A stretch of DNA of 56,283 bases from Candidatus Colwellbacteria bacterium (GCA_016176505.1 JACOXB010000007.1:1-56283); one strand, 5' to 3'. Positions 22,821-31,329 are shown, counted from the stretch's first letter. Numbers and translations: made by a program. The notes: generated by a model not told the origin, from the letters alone.

Positions 22821-23192
22821 CTAGCTGCCGGTGTGGGCCGAGGCGATGATCTCGATGGTGCTCGCGCTCTCAAGCGCGAGACCGAACGCGATCACGTCGT
22901 CGACCGTGAACGCCGGACCGCCCCAGTGGAGCTCACGCCATGAAGAGGGCTCGAGCTCACGAGGAGCGGGAGCCGCGGTCGCGGGCGACTCCGGCTCGAC
23001 CACGTCCACGCCAGCCGAGACGAGCAAGGACACGATCTTGCGGTCGGCCGGCTTGTCCACGACGTCGGAGCAGGCCGGGCAGGTGAACCGGTATCTGCCT
23101 TCGCGACCGCCATGGATCACCCAGAGCGCAATCGCCTCCGGCCTCATGTCTACCTCGCCACAGCGAGGGCACGTCGACCTGATGGTCGTCAT
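22821..23192 (-). CDS. G5-2: zinc-ribbon protein, unknown function
   Basis: 123 aa with CPRC...CPAC near the N-terminus and a Pro/Ala linker. The ATG is preceded by GAAAGGAGGGAAGCGTA. Confidence 0.7.
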   Translation of the reverse strand: MTTIRSTCPRCGEVDMRPEAIALWVIHGGREGRYRFTCPACSDVVDKPADRKIVSLLVSAGVDVVEPESPATAAPAPRELEPSSWRELHWGGPAFTVDDVIAFGLALESASTIEIIASAHTGS

Positions 23193-23417
23193 TACGCTTC
23201 CCTCCTTTCGAGTTTCGGCGCGCAGCCCTTCGATGAGTTCGGGATGAAAGGCTATGCGCCGAAACCCGGATTTTTAAAAAGAACAGTTCGACTTCGCTCA
23301 CTGCAGGCATTTCGATTTCGCCCGCGTAAACTTTCTCCATCTAAACCCACTATCTTTTGGATAATGAGCTTAGGTGAGGGGGCATTGCGGCTGCCCCAAG
23401 CCGTGGTGCTAGGATGC

Positions 23418-23666
23418 CTACCGCCACCGCTCCTGCGCCCGCTTCTTGATGTAGTCGGTCGAGTGATCCACCCCGATCTGCGTGTCGCAGACCGGGCAGC
23501 GGACGAAGTACCGCTCGTTGCTACGGTATTCCTCGTCCATCTCCCGACCTCCCCAGCTCACGTCGGCGGAGTAGTGAACATCCTCCGAGAGGTCGGCCTC
23601 GAAGGAGGTGTGGCAGTGGGGGCAGGAGAACCTTTTGGCTCCTGCGCCGTGGCTGACAATCTTCAT
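23418..23666 (-). CDS. G5-1: small zinc-ribbon protein, unknown function
   Basis: 82 aa with CPHC...CPVC. The ATG is preceded by GGGGAGAGGAAG. The hairpin GGGGCA/TGCCCC follows the stop. Confidence 0.65.
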   Translation of the reverse strand: MKIVSHGAGAKRFSCPHCHTSFEADLSEDVHYSADVSWGGREMDEEYRSNERYFVRCPVCDTQIGVDHSTDYIKKRAQERWR

Positions 23667-23904
23667 CTTCCTCTCCCCTCAGAGTCTTGGTCCGGTTCCT
23701 TTTCCCGGACCTAGCTGGTGAGGAAGTCGGGCTTCCCCACTAGTCAGGTCCGGGTTTATATTCAAGGTGCGATTTCTCCCATAAGGAGAATAATGAAGAG
23801 GAAAACGCGAGTGAGCCTTTTAATATTGCTTGGTTGCTTCGGTTCCTCTTCATTACTCTCCCCACAACATCCTTACATACTCCAGTATTTAAGGATGTTG
23901 TTCC

Positions 23905-23999
23905 TAAATAAAGAAAACGGCGAGGAGATCTCGCCGCTTTCTTAAGAGTCTCTCTCCTCTTTATATTTCGATATGTAGCGTACTTGCCTATTCCAGAAT
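23905..23999 (-). ncRNA. candidate small RNA or attenuated leader (promoter-to-terminator unit of about 95 nt without ORF)
   Basis: It lies between the consensus promoter (24006-24034) and the hairpin CGGCGAG-ATCTC-CTCGCCG + TTTTCTTTATTT (minus strand). There is no ATG/GTG/TTG in between. Confidence 0.35.
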
Positions 24000-24005
24000 A
24001 CCCTT

Positions 24006-24034
24006 ATTATACTATATCTCTTATAGCTTGTCAA
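24006..24034 (-). promoter_or_regulatory. consensus sigma70 promoter TTGACA-N17-TATAAT (no adjacent ORF)
   Basis: The minus strand reads TTGACAAGCTATAAGAGATATAGTATAAT. Confidence 0.7.
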
Positions 24035-24084
24035 GCCCCCAAATAGGCCTTATTTAGGGGGTTTTTAGCTTTCTCCTCATCTTT

Positions 24085-24256
24085 GGGGTAAACACATAAA
24101 CGTCGATCGCATCCACTCGCTCCCCAGACACCCTCGGTTTCTGGCGGTCGCCTGACACAGCAGGCGACCTATTTTCCGACACGGGAGGAACCTTATACTT
24201 TCCTCCCGACCCCTCCTTCGGTTTCTGATTTACTCCTACGCATTTTAGGGGTAAAC
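24085..24256 (-). repeat. element E3: structured insert in the 3' end of the GT2 gene, bounded by GTTTACCCC repeats
   Basis: The 9-bp cores are at 24248-24256 and 24085-24093. The inner blocks GGGGTCGG, two hairpins, GCCAGAAACCGAGGGTGTCTGGGGAGCGAGTGGATGCGATCGACG are homologous to E2 (33818-33928). Confidence 0.7.
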
Positions 24257-25716
24257 CAGAAGCCTAGCCGAAATCTCCCCCCTAGCATCAACCGGGTTTG
24301 AGACTCGAGAGCCGGGATAGCGCCGAAAATAATTAAGGTAAAAGGCATTAGGGCCCACTGGATAAGATAAAGGAAGTAGTGGTGGGCGCGAAACCAATCA
24401 GGCTTGGGCGGCAAAAGCACAATGCCCAAGATAGCCGAGCTCACAATTCCAATTGAGGCAAAAGTTAAAATGGTTCGCGTAATCTCCGGTAAGCTGAAAG
24501 AAAGCAGGGTGTAATTAAACGCCTCACCGCCTAAAAAGAGTGGCAGCCAGCCAAGAGCAAAAATTAAAATGGCATTCGTGGCCCAGGAGTGAAAAGCTTC
24601 GATGGTATTGAAAATCCAGTAGATTTTTTTGCTTAAAAGAATTCTCCGGTTTCTCGAAAAGCCATAAAAAGTATAAGGCAGGTTTTCCACGCCCCAGCCC
24701 CAACGGCGCTGTTGGCGATAAATATTCCGCATAGTGCGCCAGAAAGTCGGCGCCACATTCGCATCCATTGAAACCGGGTAGAAAAGCGGCACGACCCGCC
24801 AGTCGCTGTCGTAATGAAGATAGCATTGCCAGAAAATCCGCGAGTCTTCCGAAACCACGTTCTTCTGCCAAAAGCCGATTTCGACCAAGGCTTTGAACGG
24901 CATTGAGTGGGAAGAAAAAGTAGTCAAGCGTTCGGGTCGCGACTGCTGCATCAAGTGCCAAAAAGTAGCTGATAAGGCAACGACCCTCGCAAAAATCGGC
25001 GCTTCATAAATGTTGTTATTAAAAAGCGGCACTGGCTGATAACTTGAGCGCTCGGGATGCTCGGCGGTCAAATATGAATAGGTCAGTCGGCCAAAATAAT
25101 CAGGTAAAATCTGGGTGTCAACATCAAAAACCGAAACCAAAATATTTTCATAAGGAATTTTTAGTTTATCAATAACCTCGCTTTTAACTTTTTCCGCGGC
25201 ATAAGCCTGATTCGAGCCTTTACCCGGGATTTCGTTAGGCAAATCAGCTGGGTGATAGACAACCAGAAAATGGGGGAACTCTCGGCCGAATTCGGCCTCG
25301 ATCCTTCGGGCCACCTCTTTAGTCGACTCGCCGCCCCGCTCTTCGGGCGCAAGCACAATAATGAATTTATCTTTGGGATAATTTATTCGACTGAGGCTCT
25401 CGAAAGTTTCTCTGACCACTTCGTAGGGCTCACCGAGCATCGGCAGAATAACAAGATGGTATATCCGATCCCAATCTACGAATTTATCCGAATGATCCGA
25501 AAGCTGTTTAAGCCAATCGATTTTTAGATTTCTCCTTACTTTTTTGAAAGAGGACCGAAGATGAAATGACAAAAAAAGAGTTTTGAAAAGCCAGTAAGTA
25601 TCGAAAAGAATAATAAAAATAGCTGCAGCAGTTGGGAAAAATCGCGCGGCAACCACCATTAAGACGAGCGTCAGCCAGGAGAGCGCGCCCGGGACAATCT
25701 CAAAAAAACGGAGCAT
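24193..25716 (-). CDS. family 2 glycosyltransferase, processive (cellulose synthase/PgaC-like), multi-TM
   Basis: It has the QRRW motif (YRQQRRWGWG), a DxD-type region, and N- and C-terminal TM helices. The start is set at the ATG overlapping the DoxX stop (TAATG at 25714-25718). The last 16 codons lie inside element E3. Confidence 0.85.
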   Translation of the reverse strand: MLRFFEIVPGALSWLTLVLMVVAARFFPTAAAIFIILFDTYWLFKTLFLSFHLRSSFKKVRRNLKIDWLKQLSDHSDKFVDWDRIYHLVILPMLGEPYEVVRETFESLSRINYPKDKFIIVLAPEERGGESTKEVARRIEAEFGREFPHFLVVYHPADLPNEIPGKGSNQAYAAEKVKSEVIDKLKIPYENILVSVFDVDTQILPDYFGRLTYSYLTAEHPERSSYQPVPLFNNNIYEAPIFARVVALSATFWHLMQQSRPERLTTFSSHSMPFKALVEIGFWQKNVVSEDSRIFWQCYLHYDSDWRVVPLFYPVSMDANVAPTFWRTMRNIYRQQRRWGWGVENLPYTFYGFSRNRRILLSKKIYWIFNTIEAFHSWATNAILIFALGWLPLFLGGEAFNYTLLSFSLPEITRTILTFASIGIVSSAILGIVLLPPKPDWFRAHHYFLYLIQWALMPFTLIIFGAIPALESQTRLMLGGRFRLGFWFTPKMRRSKSETEGGVGRKV

Positions 25717-26123
25717 TAGAAGTAAAGGAAGGGCCAGAGATAATCGACGGCGTAGATGCCACCGCCCGAAGTGGCGAGAACAAAAGCGAGAAAGGCTAGG
25801 GCGAAGTCGAGCTCGTAGCCACTGACAAAAGGCTGATTCTTGGAAATTTTCCAAAGTCCGGCCACCACCATTTCAATGGCGATGAAGAGGGCCACCGGCT
25901 GAACTAGGAAACCGAAAATCAAAGCAATACCGCCGAAGAATTCGAGGAGGGCCACAATCGTGCCCCAGAACATTCCTGGCCGAAAACCCATGCCGTCGAA
26001 GTTCGAAGCATTAGTCTTTAAATTCTTAATCTTTGGCCAGCCATGAACCAAAAAGAGGATGCCGAGAAAAACCCGGGCGAGAAATAGAGCGGTACCGTTC
26101 CAAGCGAATAAGACAGGAATCAT
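25716..26123 (-). CDS. DoxX family membrane protein
   Basis: 135 aa with 4 TM helices and a typical DoxX N-terminus (LARVFLGILFLVHGWPKI). Confidence 0.8.
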   Translation of the reverse strand: MIPVLFAWNGTALFLARVFLGILFLVHGWPKIKNLKTNASNFDGMGFRPGMFWGTIVALLEFFGGIALIFGFLVQPVALFIAIEMVVAGLWKISKNQPFVSGYELDFALAFLAFVLATSGGGIYAVDYLWPFLYF

Positions 26124-26215
26124 AGATCAGTAGTTAGTAGTATGTAGTTAGTATAAGGAGGCGACCTTTGAGCTTTTAATTCAGTTTTCATTATACTACA
26201 ATGGAGTGCCAAAAC

Positions 26216-26287
26216 GGTCCCATCTTCTAATGGTCAGGAAGTCGCTCTTTCAAGGCGAAAATACGGGTTCGATTCCCGTTGGGACCG
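26216..26287 (+). tRNA. tRNA-Glu (TTC)
   Basis: GGTCCCATCTTCTAATGGTCAGGAAGTCGCTCTTTCAAGGCGAAAATACGGGTTCGATTCCCGTTGGGACCG. The anticodon loop is CTTTCAA. Confidence 0.9.
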
Positions 26288-26303
26288 CTAAGTAATAAGT
26301 AAA

Positions 26304-27305
26304 ATGAGGATCCTCGCGATTGAAACTTCCTGTGACGAAACTGCTATTGCTTTAGTGGAAGGACACGGCCCGCTTTCTAACCCCCGCTTTAAAGTTCTAA
26401 AAAGTATTATCTCTTCCCAGATTCTGGTTCACCGCCCTTTTGGCGGCGTGGTGCCGAACTTAGCCAAAAGAGAGCATTTAAAAAATCTCCCCGTCGTCTT
26501 AGATCAAATACTAAATACAAAATACGATATACAAGATACAGATTTTATTGCGGTTACGGTCGGCCCAGGACTTGAACCGGCGCTTTGGACTGGGATTAAT
26601 TTTGCGAAAGAATTGGCCAAGAAAAATAAAAGGCCGCTCCTTGGCGCGAACCATTTGGAAGGACACCTCTATAGCCCTCTTTTAAGTCTTAAAGAGAAAA
26701 TATCTTTGCCGGCGATTGGCCTTGTAGTGAGTGGTGGCCACACTATTCTGCTTCTGCTAAAAAATCTCGAGAACTGGAAAAAGATTGGCGAAACTAGAGA
26801 CGATGCAGTAGGCGAGGCTTATGATAAAGTGGCTCGTTTGCTCGGCCTCTCCTATCCTGGCGGGCCAGAAATTGAGCGGATCTCCCGAGACGTGAAGCCG
26901 AAAATTGAATTCCCCCGACCAATGATTCATCAGAAAAATTATGACTTTAGTTTCTCAGGCTTAAAAACTTCGATCTTTTATTACCTTCGGGAACATCCTC
27001 GGGCAAGTAAAAAACAAGTGGCTGCTAGTTTCCAGCAAGCGGCTATTGATGTTCTTGTCGCAAAAACCATGAAGGCGGCTCGAAATTATAAAGCCAAGTC
27101 AATCCTCTTAGCTGGCGGCGTGGCCGCTAATAAGCCGCTTCGCCAAACCCTTCGCCAGGCGAGTCGAAAACAAGGGTTAAGATTTTTTGTTTCCGATTTT
27201 AAATATTCGACTGATAACGCAGCCATGATCGGAGCGGCTGCTTATCTTAGCCACTTGCGAGGTAAAAAGCTTCGAATTACTGCTCAGGCTAACCTTAACC
27301 TATAA
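26304..27305 (+). CDS. tsaD: tRNA N6-adenosine threonylcarbamoyltransferase
   Basis: 333 aa with ETSCDET, NHLEGH and the ASKHA-fold motifs of Kae1/TsaD. Confidence 0.95.
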   Translation: MRILAIETSCDETAIALVEGHGPLSNPRFKVLKSIISSQILVHRPFGGVVPNLAKREHLKNLPVVLDQILNTKYDIQDTDFIAVTVGPGLEPALWTGINFAKELAKKNKRPLLGANHLEGHLYSPLLSLKEKISLPAIGLVVSGGHTILLLLKNLENWKKIGETRDDAVGEAYDKVARLLGLSYPGGPEIERISRDVKPKIEFPRPMIHQKNYDFSFSGLKTSIFYYLREHPRASKKQVAASFQQAAIDVLVAKTMKAARNYKAKSILLAGGVAANKPLRQTLRQASRKQGLRFFVSDFKYSTDNAAMIGAAAYLSHLRGKKLRITAQANLNL

Positions 27306-27312
27306 TAAGCTT

Positions 27313-29448
27313 ATGGGGTTTATGGAAACCAGATTCGACCATAAACAGGTAGAGCCGAAAATTTATCAAAGCTGGGAAAAGTCCGGCTTTTTTAATCCAG
27401 ATAAACTGCCTGCCAAAGGCAAGCCTTTTACGATTATTATGCCGCCGCCGAACGCTAATGGTTCGCTTCATATTGGCCACGCTCTTTTTGTCACTCTGGA
27501 AGATATTATGATTCGGTTTTGGCGCATGCGCGGCCGAAAGACCCTTTGGCTCCCCGGGGCGGATCATGCCGGATTCGAAACTCAGGTCGTCTTTGATAAA
27601 AAGATAGAAAAGGAAGGACGCAATCGCTTTAAAATTCCTCGCGAGAAATTATGGCAAGAGTTGTGGCGTTTTACCCAAGAGAATAAAAAAATAATGGAGG
27701 GCCAGTTAAGGAGCCTCGGCGCTTCCTGCGACTGGTCACGGGAAAAATTCACTCTTGATCCGGACATTATCGAGAAAACCCAGGAAACCTTTATTAAGAT
27801 GTACGAAGCCGGCCTGGTCTACCGCGGCCGGCGACTGGTGAACTGGTGCGTGAAGCATCAAACCGCTCTTTCGGATTTAGAAGTTAGCTATATCGAACGC
27901 AAAGACCCGCTTTATTACATTAAATACGGCCCGTTTACTCTGGCCACCGTCAGGCCCGAAACCAAGTTCGGCGATACGGCTGTGGCGGTTCACCCGGGGG
28001 ACAAGCGCTACCAAAAATACATTGGTAAGGAGATCGAAGCCGAAGATCTCTTAGGCCCGATTAAGCTAAAAGTAATTGCCGACGAGGCGGTTGATCCGCA
28101 TTTCGGCACTGGCGTGGTCAAGGTGACGCCGGCCCACGATCCGACTGACTTTGAAATCGGGCTCCGTCACAAGCTTGAAGTTAGACAAGTAATTGATAAG
28201 TTTGGGCGGTTAAATGAAAAAACCGGGCGCTATAGAGGACTAAAAGTAGCTGAGGCCAGAGAAAAAGTGGCTAGTGACTTAAAAGAAAGAGGGTTGATTA
28301 AAAAAATCGATGAAAAATATGTTCACTCGATTGCCACTTGTTATAAGTGCGGCAGTGTCCTTGAACCCCTACTCCTGCCTCAATGGTTTATTAAAATGGA
28401 GGGTTTGGCTCGCGAGGCGATTAAAGTGGCTGAGTCCGGTAAAATAAAATTTTATCCCGAGCGCTTAAAAAAAGTTTATCTTCACTGGCTCAAAAATATT
28501 CGTGATTGGAATATCTCGCGGCAGATTATCTGGGGCATCAGAATTCCGGCCTGGCACTGCGAGTGCGAGCCGGAAAACTGGCGAGTGGGGACGAAAGCGC
28601 CGAGGGGGAAATGTCCTCGATGCCGAAGTAGCTGGACCGAAGACCCGGATGTTTTTGACACTTGGTTTTCCTCAGGCCAGTGGCCGTTCCTCTCCTTGGG
28701 CTATCCCAAATCCCGCGACTATAAAACTTTTTACCCCACCGACGTCATGGAAACCGGCTGGGACATTCTCTTTTTTTGGGTGGCCCGAATGATTATGCTC
28801 GGCCTTTATCGCACCGGGAAAATTCCTTTCAAGGTAGTTTATCTTCACGGCCTGGTCAGGGATAAAGACCGCCAAAAAATGTCTAAATCTAAAGGCAATG
28901 TAATTGATCCTCTCGGAGTGGCTGACATTTACGGCACCGATGCGGTTCGGATGGCTTTGACTATCGGCAGTCTACCCGGCAACGATCCGATTATCTCCGA
29001 GGATAAAATCCGGGGCTATCGGAACTTCACCACTAAAATATGGAATGCCTCCCGGTTCGTAGTTACGGGCTACGACGCTAAACTAAAAGTGCGCCCCCGA
29101 TACAGCCCGAACGATAGACGCCATCAGAAGCAACTAGCCGAAATCAAAAAAAGAGTCACAAAAGATATTGAGAATTTCCGCTTTCACCACGCAGCCGAAA
29201 CTATTTACCATTATTTCTGGCACACTTTTGCCGATAAAATCATTGAAGAATCGAAATCGCGGCTCGGCGGGGAAAACGAAGCGGATAAGGCCGCGGCTCA
29301 AGAAACACTGCTTAAACTTCTTAAAGAATCTTTAAAAATGCTCCACCCGTTTATGCCATTTGTCACTGAAGAAATCTGGCAAAGACTCCCCCGCTCCGCT
29401 AAAGCTCCGCGGGGCAAGCCCAGTCTATTAATGGTTGAGAAATGGTAA
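27313..29448 (+). CDS. valS: valine--tRNA ligase (short form)
   Basis: It has HIGH (LHIGHAL), KMSKS (KMSKSKGN) and editing-domain motifs. At 711 aa it appears to lack the long C-terminal coiled coil. Confidence 0.95.
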   Translation: MGFMETRFDHKQVEPKIYQSWEKSGFFNPDKLPAKGKPFTIIMPPPNANGSLHIGHALFVTLEDIMIRFWRMRGRKTLWLPGADHAGFETQVVFDKKIEKEGRNRFKIPREKLWQELWRFTQENKKIMEGQLRSLGASCDWSREKFTLDPDIIEKTQETFIKMYEAGLVYRGRRLVNWCVKHQTALSDLEVSYIERKDPLYYIKYGPFTLATVRPETKFGDTAVAVHPGDKRYQKYIGKEIEAEDLLGPIKLKVIADEAVDPHFGTGVVKVTPAHDPTDFEIGLRHKLEVRQVIDKFGRLNEKTGRYRGLKVAEAREKVASDLKERGLIKKIDEKYVHSIATCYKCGSVLEPLLLPQWFIKMEGLAREAIKVAESGKIKFYPERLKKVYLHWLKNIRDWNISRQIIWGIRIPAWHCECEPENWRVGTKAPRGKCPRCRSSWTEDPDVFDTWFSSGQWPFLSLGYPKSRDYKTFYPTDVMETGWDILFFWVARMIMLGLYRTGKIPFKVVYLHGLVRDKDRQKMSKSKGNVIDPLGVADIYGTDAVRMALTIGSLPGNDPIISEDKIRGYRNFTTKIWNASRFVVTGYDAKLKVRPRYSPNDRRHQKQLAEIKKRVTKDIENFRFHHAAETIYHYFWHTFADKIIEESKSRLGGENEADKAAAQETLLKLLKESLKMLHPFMPFVTEEIWQRLPRSAKAPRGKPSLLMVEKW

Positions 29449-30134
29449 TCAGCCTGCCATTAGTCCTCGGTATCGTTCCTGCCCTTTTCTGGTTGGTCTT
29501 TTTTCTCCAAGAAGACTGGCGTCAGCCCGAACCAAAAAGGTTGATTTTTTTACTTTTTATCGCCGGCGGAGTGGCAGCTGTTTTAGCTATCCTACCCGAG
29601 CTTTTTATCGATAAAAACTTCCCCCTAGCTCCCGGTGTGCCGCCTGAACTCTCGCCGCTTCTTTTGCCCTTCGCCCTAATCGAGGAGCTCGCCAAGTTTG
29701 GAATAGTTTATTTGATTGTCAGGCCGAATAAATACTTTGACGAACGGGTTGATGCGATGATTTATATGATAACGGCTGCCCTTGGTTTTGCTGCGCTTGA
29801 AAACGTACTCAATCTTTTCGGCAACGAGGCCATTGTCGAAGTGGCTCTACTCCGGGGGATTGGCGCGACTCTGCTCCACGCCCTGGCCGCAGCCATCCTG
29901 GGCTTTTATTGGGCTAAAGGCAGAATTATGACCGGCATCATTGGTGCCACTCTGCTCCACGGCGCTTTTAATTATCTGATTTTGAAAGTGGATAGCACAA
30001 TTTTGTATCCATCAGTTCTCCTTTTCCTGGCTGCTATTTTTGTATTCCAAGATTTTGAAATTTTAAAGGATGAGGATTACGTAGCCTCAAGAAGAATCTT
30101 ACCAAAAAGCAAAGCGGCTCCTGCCTCGAAGTAG
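29442..30134 (+). CDS. PrsW-family intramembrane protease-like protein
   Basis: 230 aa, multi-TM, with EELAKF, HALAAAILG and HGAFN motifs. Confidence 0.7.
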   Translation: MVISLPLVLGIVPALFWLVFFLQEDWRQPEPKRLIFLLFIAGGVAAVLAILPELFIDKNFPLAPGVPPELSPLLLPFALIEELAKFGIVYLIVRPNKYFDERVDAMIYMITAALGFAALENVLNLFGNEAIVEVALLRGIGATLLHALAAAILGFYWAKGRIMTGIIGATLLHGAFNYLILKVDSTILYPSVLLFLAAIFVFQDFEILKDEDYVASRRILPKSKAAPASK

Positions 30135-30179
30135 ATACCCCTACTCCAAGCGGAGCCGCTTTAGGCGTTACTGGGCACA

Positions 30180-30608
30180 TCATCCCTCCTGCACCCCCTC
30201 GAACAAAGAGGCGACCTCCTTGGTCAGCTGAAGCAGCGCTCTTTCGTCGAAGCCCTTCGAGACGAGCTCGTCCGATGAATCGAGCCACCGCTGCCACGTC
30301 GCCTCCTTGGCCTGCCGGTTTCCGTAACCGGCCCGAGCCAGCCGGAATCGAACGAGGCGCGAGAAGTTATCGGCCAGAAGCTCGATCACCTGGTCGGCGG
30401 GGACCGCGAGAGAACCGATCCGGATGTCGACGAGCCACTCCCGAAAGGCGCGGAAGGCAGCTTCGATCCGCGTGGCCTGTTGCTTCCGAGCCCGCTTGTA
30501 GAGCTTCGACTTCTTCAGCAGCTCGAGGGCCTTGGTACCGACCTCGACCGGATCGAGTCGAGTTGGCTCGACGGAATCGTTCCCGGGATTCCCAAGCGCG
30601 AGAGCCAT
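30180..30608 (-). CDS. GC-rich cassette G6: all-helical hypothetical protein
   Basis: 142 aa; the ATG is preceded by GAGAGGAAGGAGGTGAAAAAAG. It is visibly GC-rich relative to prsW-like and hsp20. Confidence 0.7.
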   Translation of the reverse strand: MALALGNPGNDSVEPTRLDPVEVGTKALELLKKSKLYKRARKQQATRIEAAFRAFREWLVDIRIGSLAVPADQVIELLADNFSRLVRFRLARAGYGNRQAKEATWQRWLDSSDELVSKGFDERALLQLTKEVASLFEGVQEG

Positions 30609-30750
30609 CTTTTTTCACCTCCTTCCTCTCAATCGTGCCCGTGTATTTCAAGGTGCGGGCAAGGGACAGCTGCCCTATTTTGGCGGTAAAGAGCTGGGCG
30701 AGTCAAGGTAGGCCTCTCCTCTTCAAATTAGTTCTTGTATAATAGAAAGG

Positions 30751-31149
30751 ATGTTTAAACGCGATAAGGGAAGGGCGCCGATGGTTAGGCCAGCCGAAGA
30801 ATTTGCTGCTAAGGAGGTCGAGGGCCAACTGGCTATTGATGTTTATCAAACACCGGATGAAATTGTGGTTGAATCAACCATCGCCGGCGTGGAACCGGGT
30901 GATTTAGATATTGATGTCACGAGCGAATCAGTAACGATTAAGGGTGAGAGACGGAAAGAAATGAAGGTCACTGATGATGATTATTTTTACCAAGAATGTT
31001 TTTGGGGGCGCTTTTCAAGACAAGTAATTCTGCCCCAGGAAGTTGATCCGGACAAAGCTAATTCTGTAATTAAAGATGGGGTTTTAACTATTCATTTACC
31101 GAAAATCCACCGCGACCGCGCGAGAAAAATCAGCGTCAAGAAAGAGTAG
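30751..31149 (+). CDS. Hsp20/alpha-crystallin small heat-shock protein
   Basis: The alpha-crystallin domain is present (FSRQVILPQEVDPDKANSVIKDGVLTIHLPK). An extended -10 TGTATAAT lies at 30736-30743, only 7 nt before the ATG, so the mRNA may be leaderless. An alternative start is at 30781. Confidence 0.9.
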   Translation: MFKRDKGRAPMVRPAEEFAAKEVEGQLAIDVYQTPDEIVVESTIAGVEPGDLDIDVTSESVTIKGERRKEMKVTDDDYFYQECFWGRFSRQVILPQEVDPDKANSVIKDGVLTIHLPKIHRDRARKISVKKE

Positions 31150-31329
31150 GGCGCCCGCCAACTTATTGCCTATCGGGACCAGAATAATCCGGCTCCAGCG
31201 GCCGGATTTTCTTCCCCCTCGGCCTGCTCGCTCCGACTTAAGTCGGAGACCAAGCCGAGCTAGGCCTGCGGGATGTCCCGTACGGCAACAAGTTACCGGG
31301 CTTCCGAGATTAGTGGGCGATAAAGCCGG

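Noticed and set aside
23704-23754. SRP (4.5S) RNA, suggested by the word GTCAGGTCCGG.
   Set aside because: The following GGAAGGAAGCAGC helix-8 motif is absent, and the word sits on the 3' side of a different hairpin.
23794-23945. Plus-strand 50-aa lipoprotein-like ORF (MKRKTRVSLLILLGCFG...) with AAGGAG 4 nt upstream.
   Set aside because: I could not find a convincing plus-strand promoter. Its last 9 codons coincide with a terminator hairpin, and the whole ORF is built from long inverted repeats. This makes an RNA-structure explanation more economical. It is not fully excluded.
26127-26157. Tandem GTAGTTAGTA direct repeat upstream of the DoxX gene as a regulatory repeat.
   Set aside because: There are only two short copies in AT-rich promoter DNA. 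This is compatible with chance or low complexity, and there is no further support.
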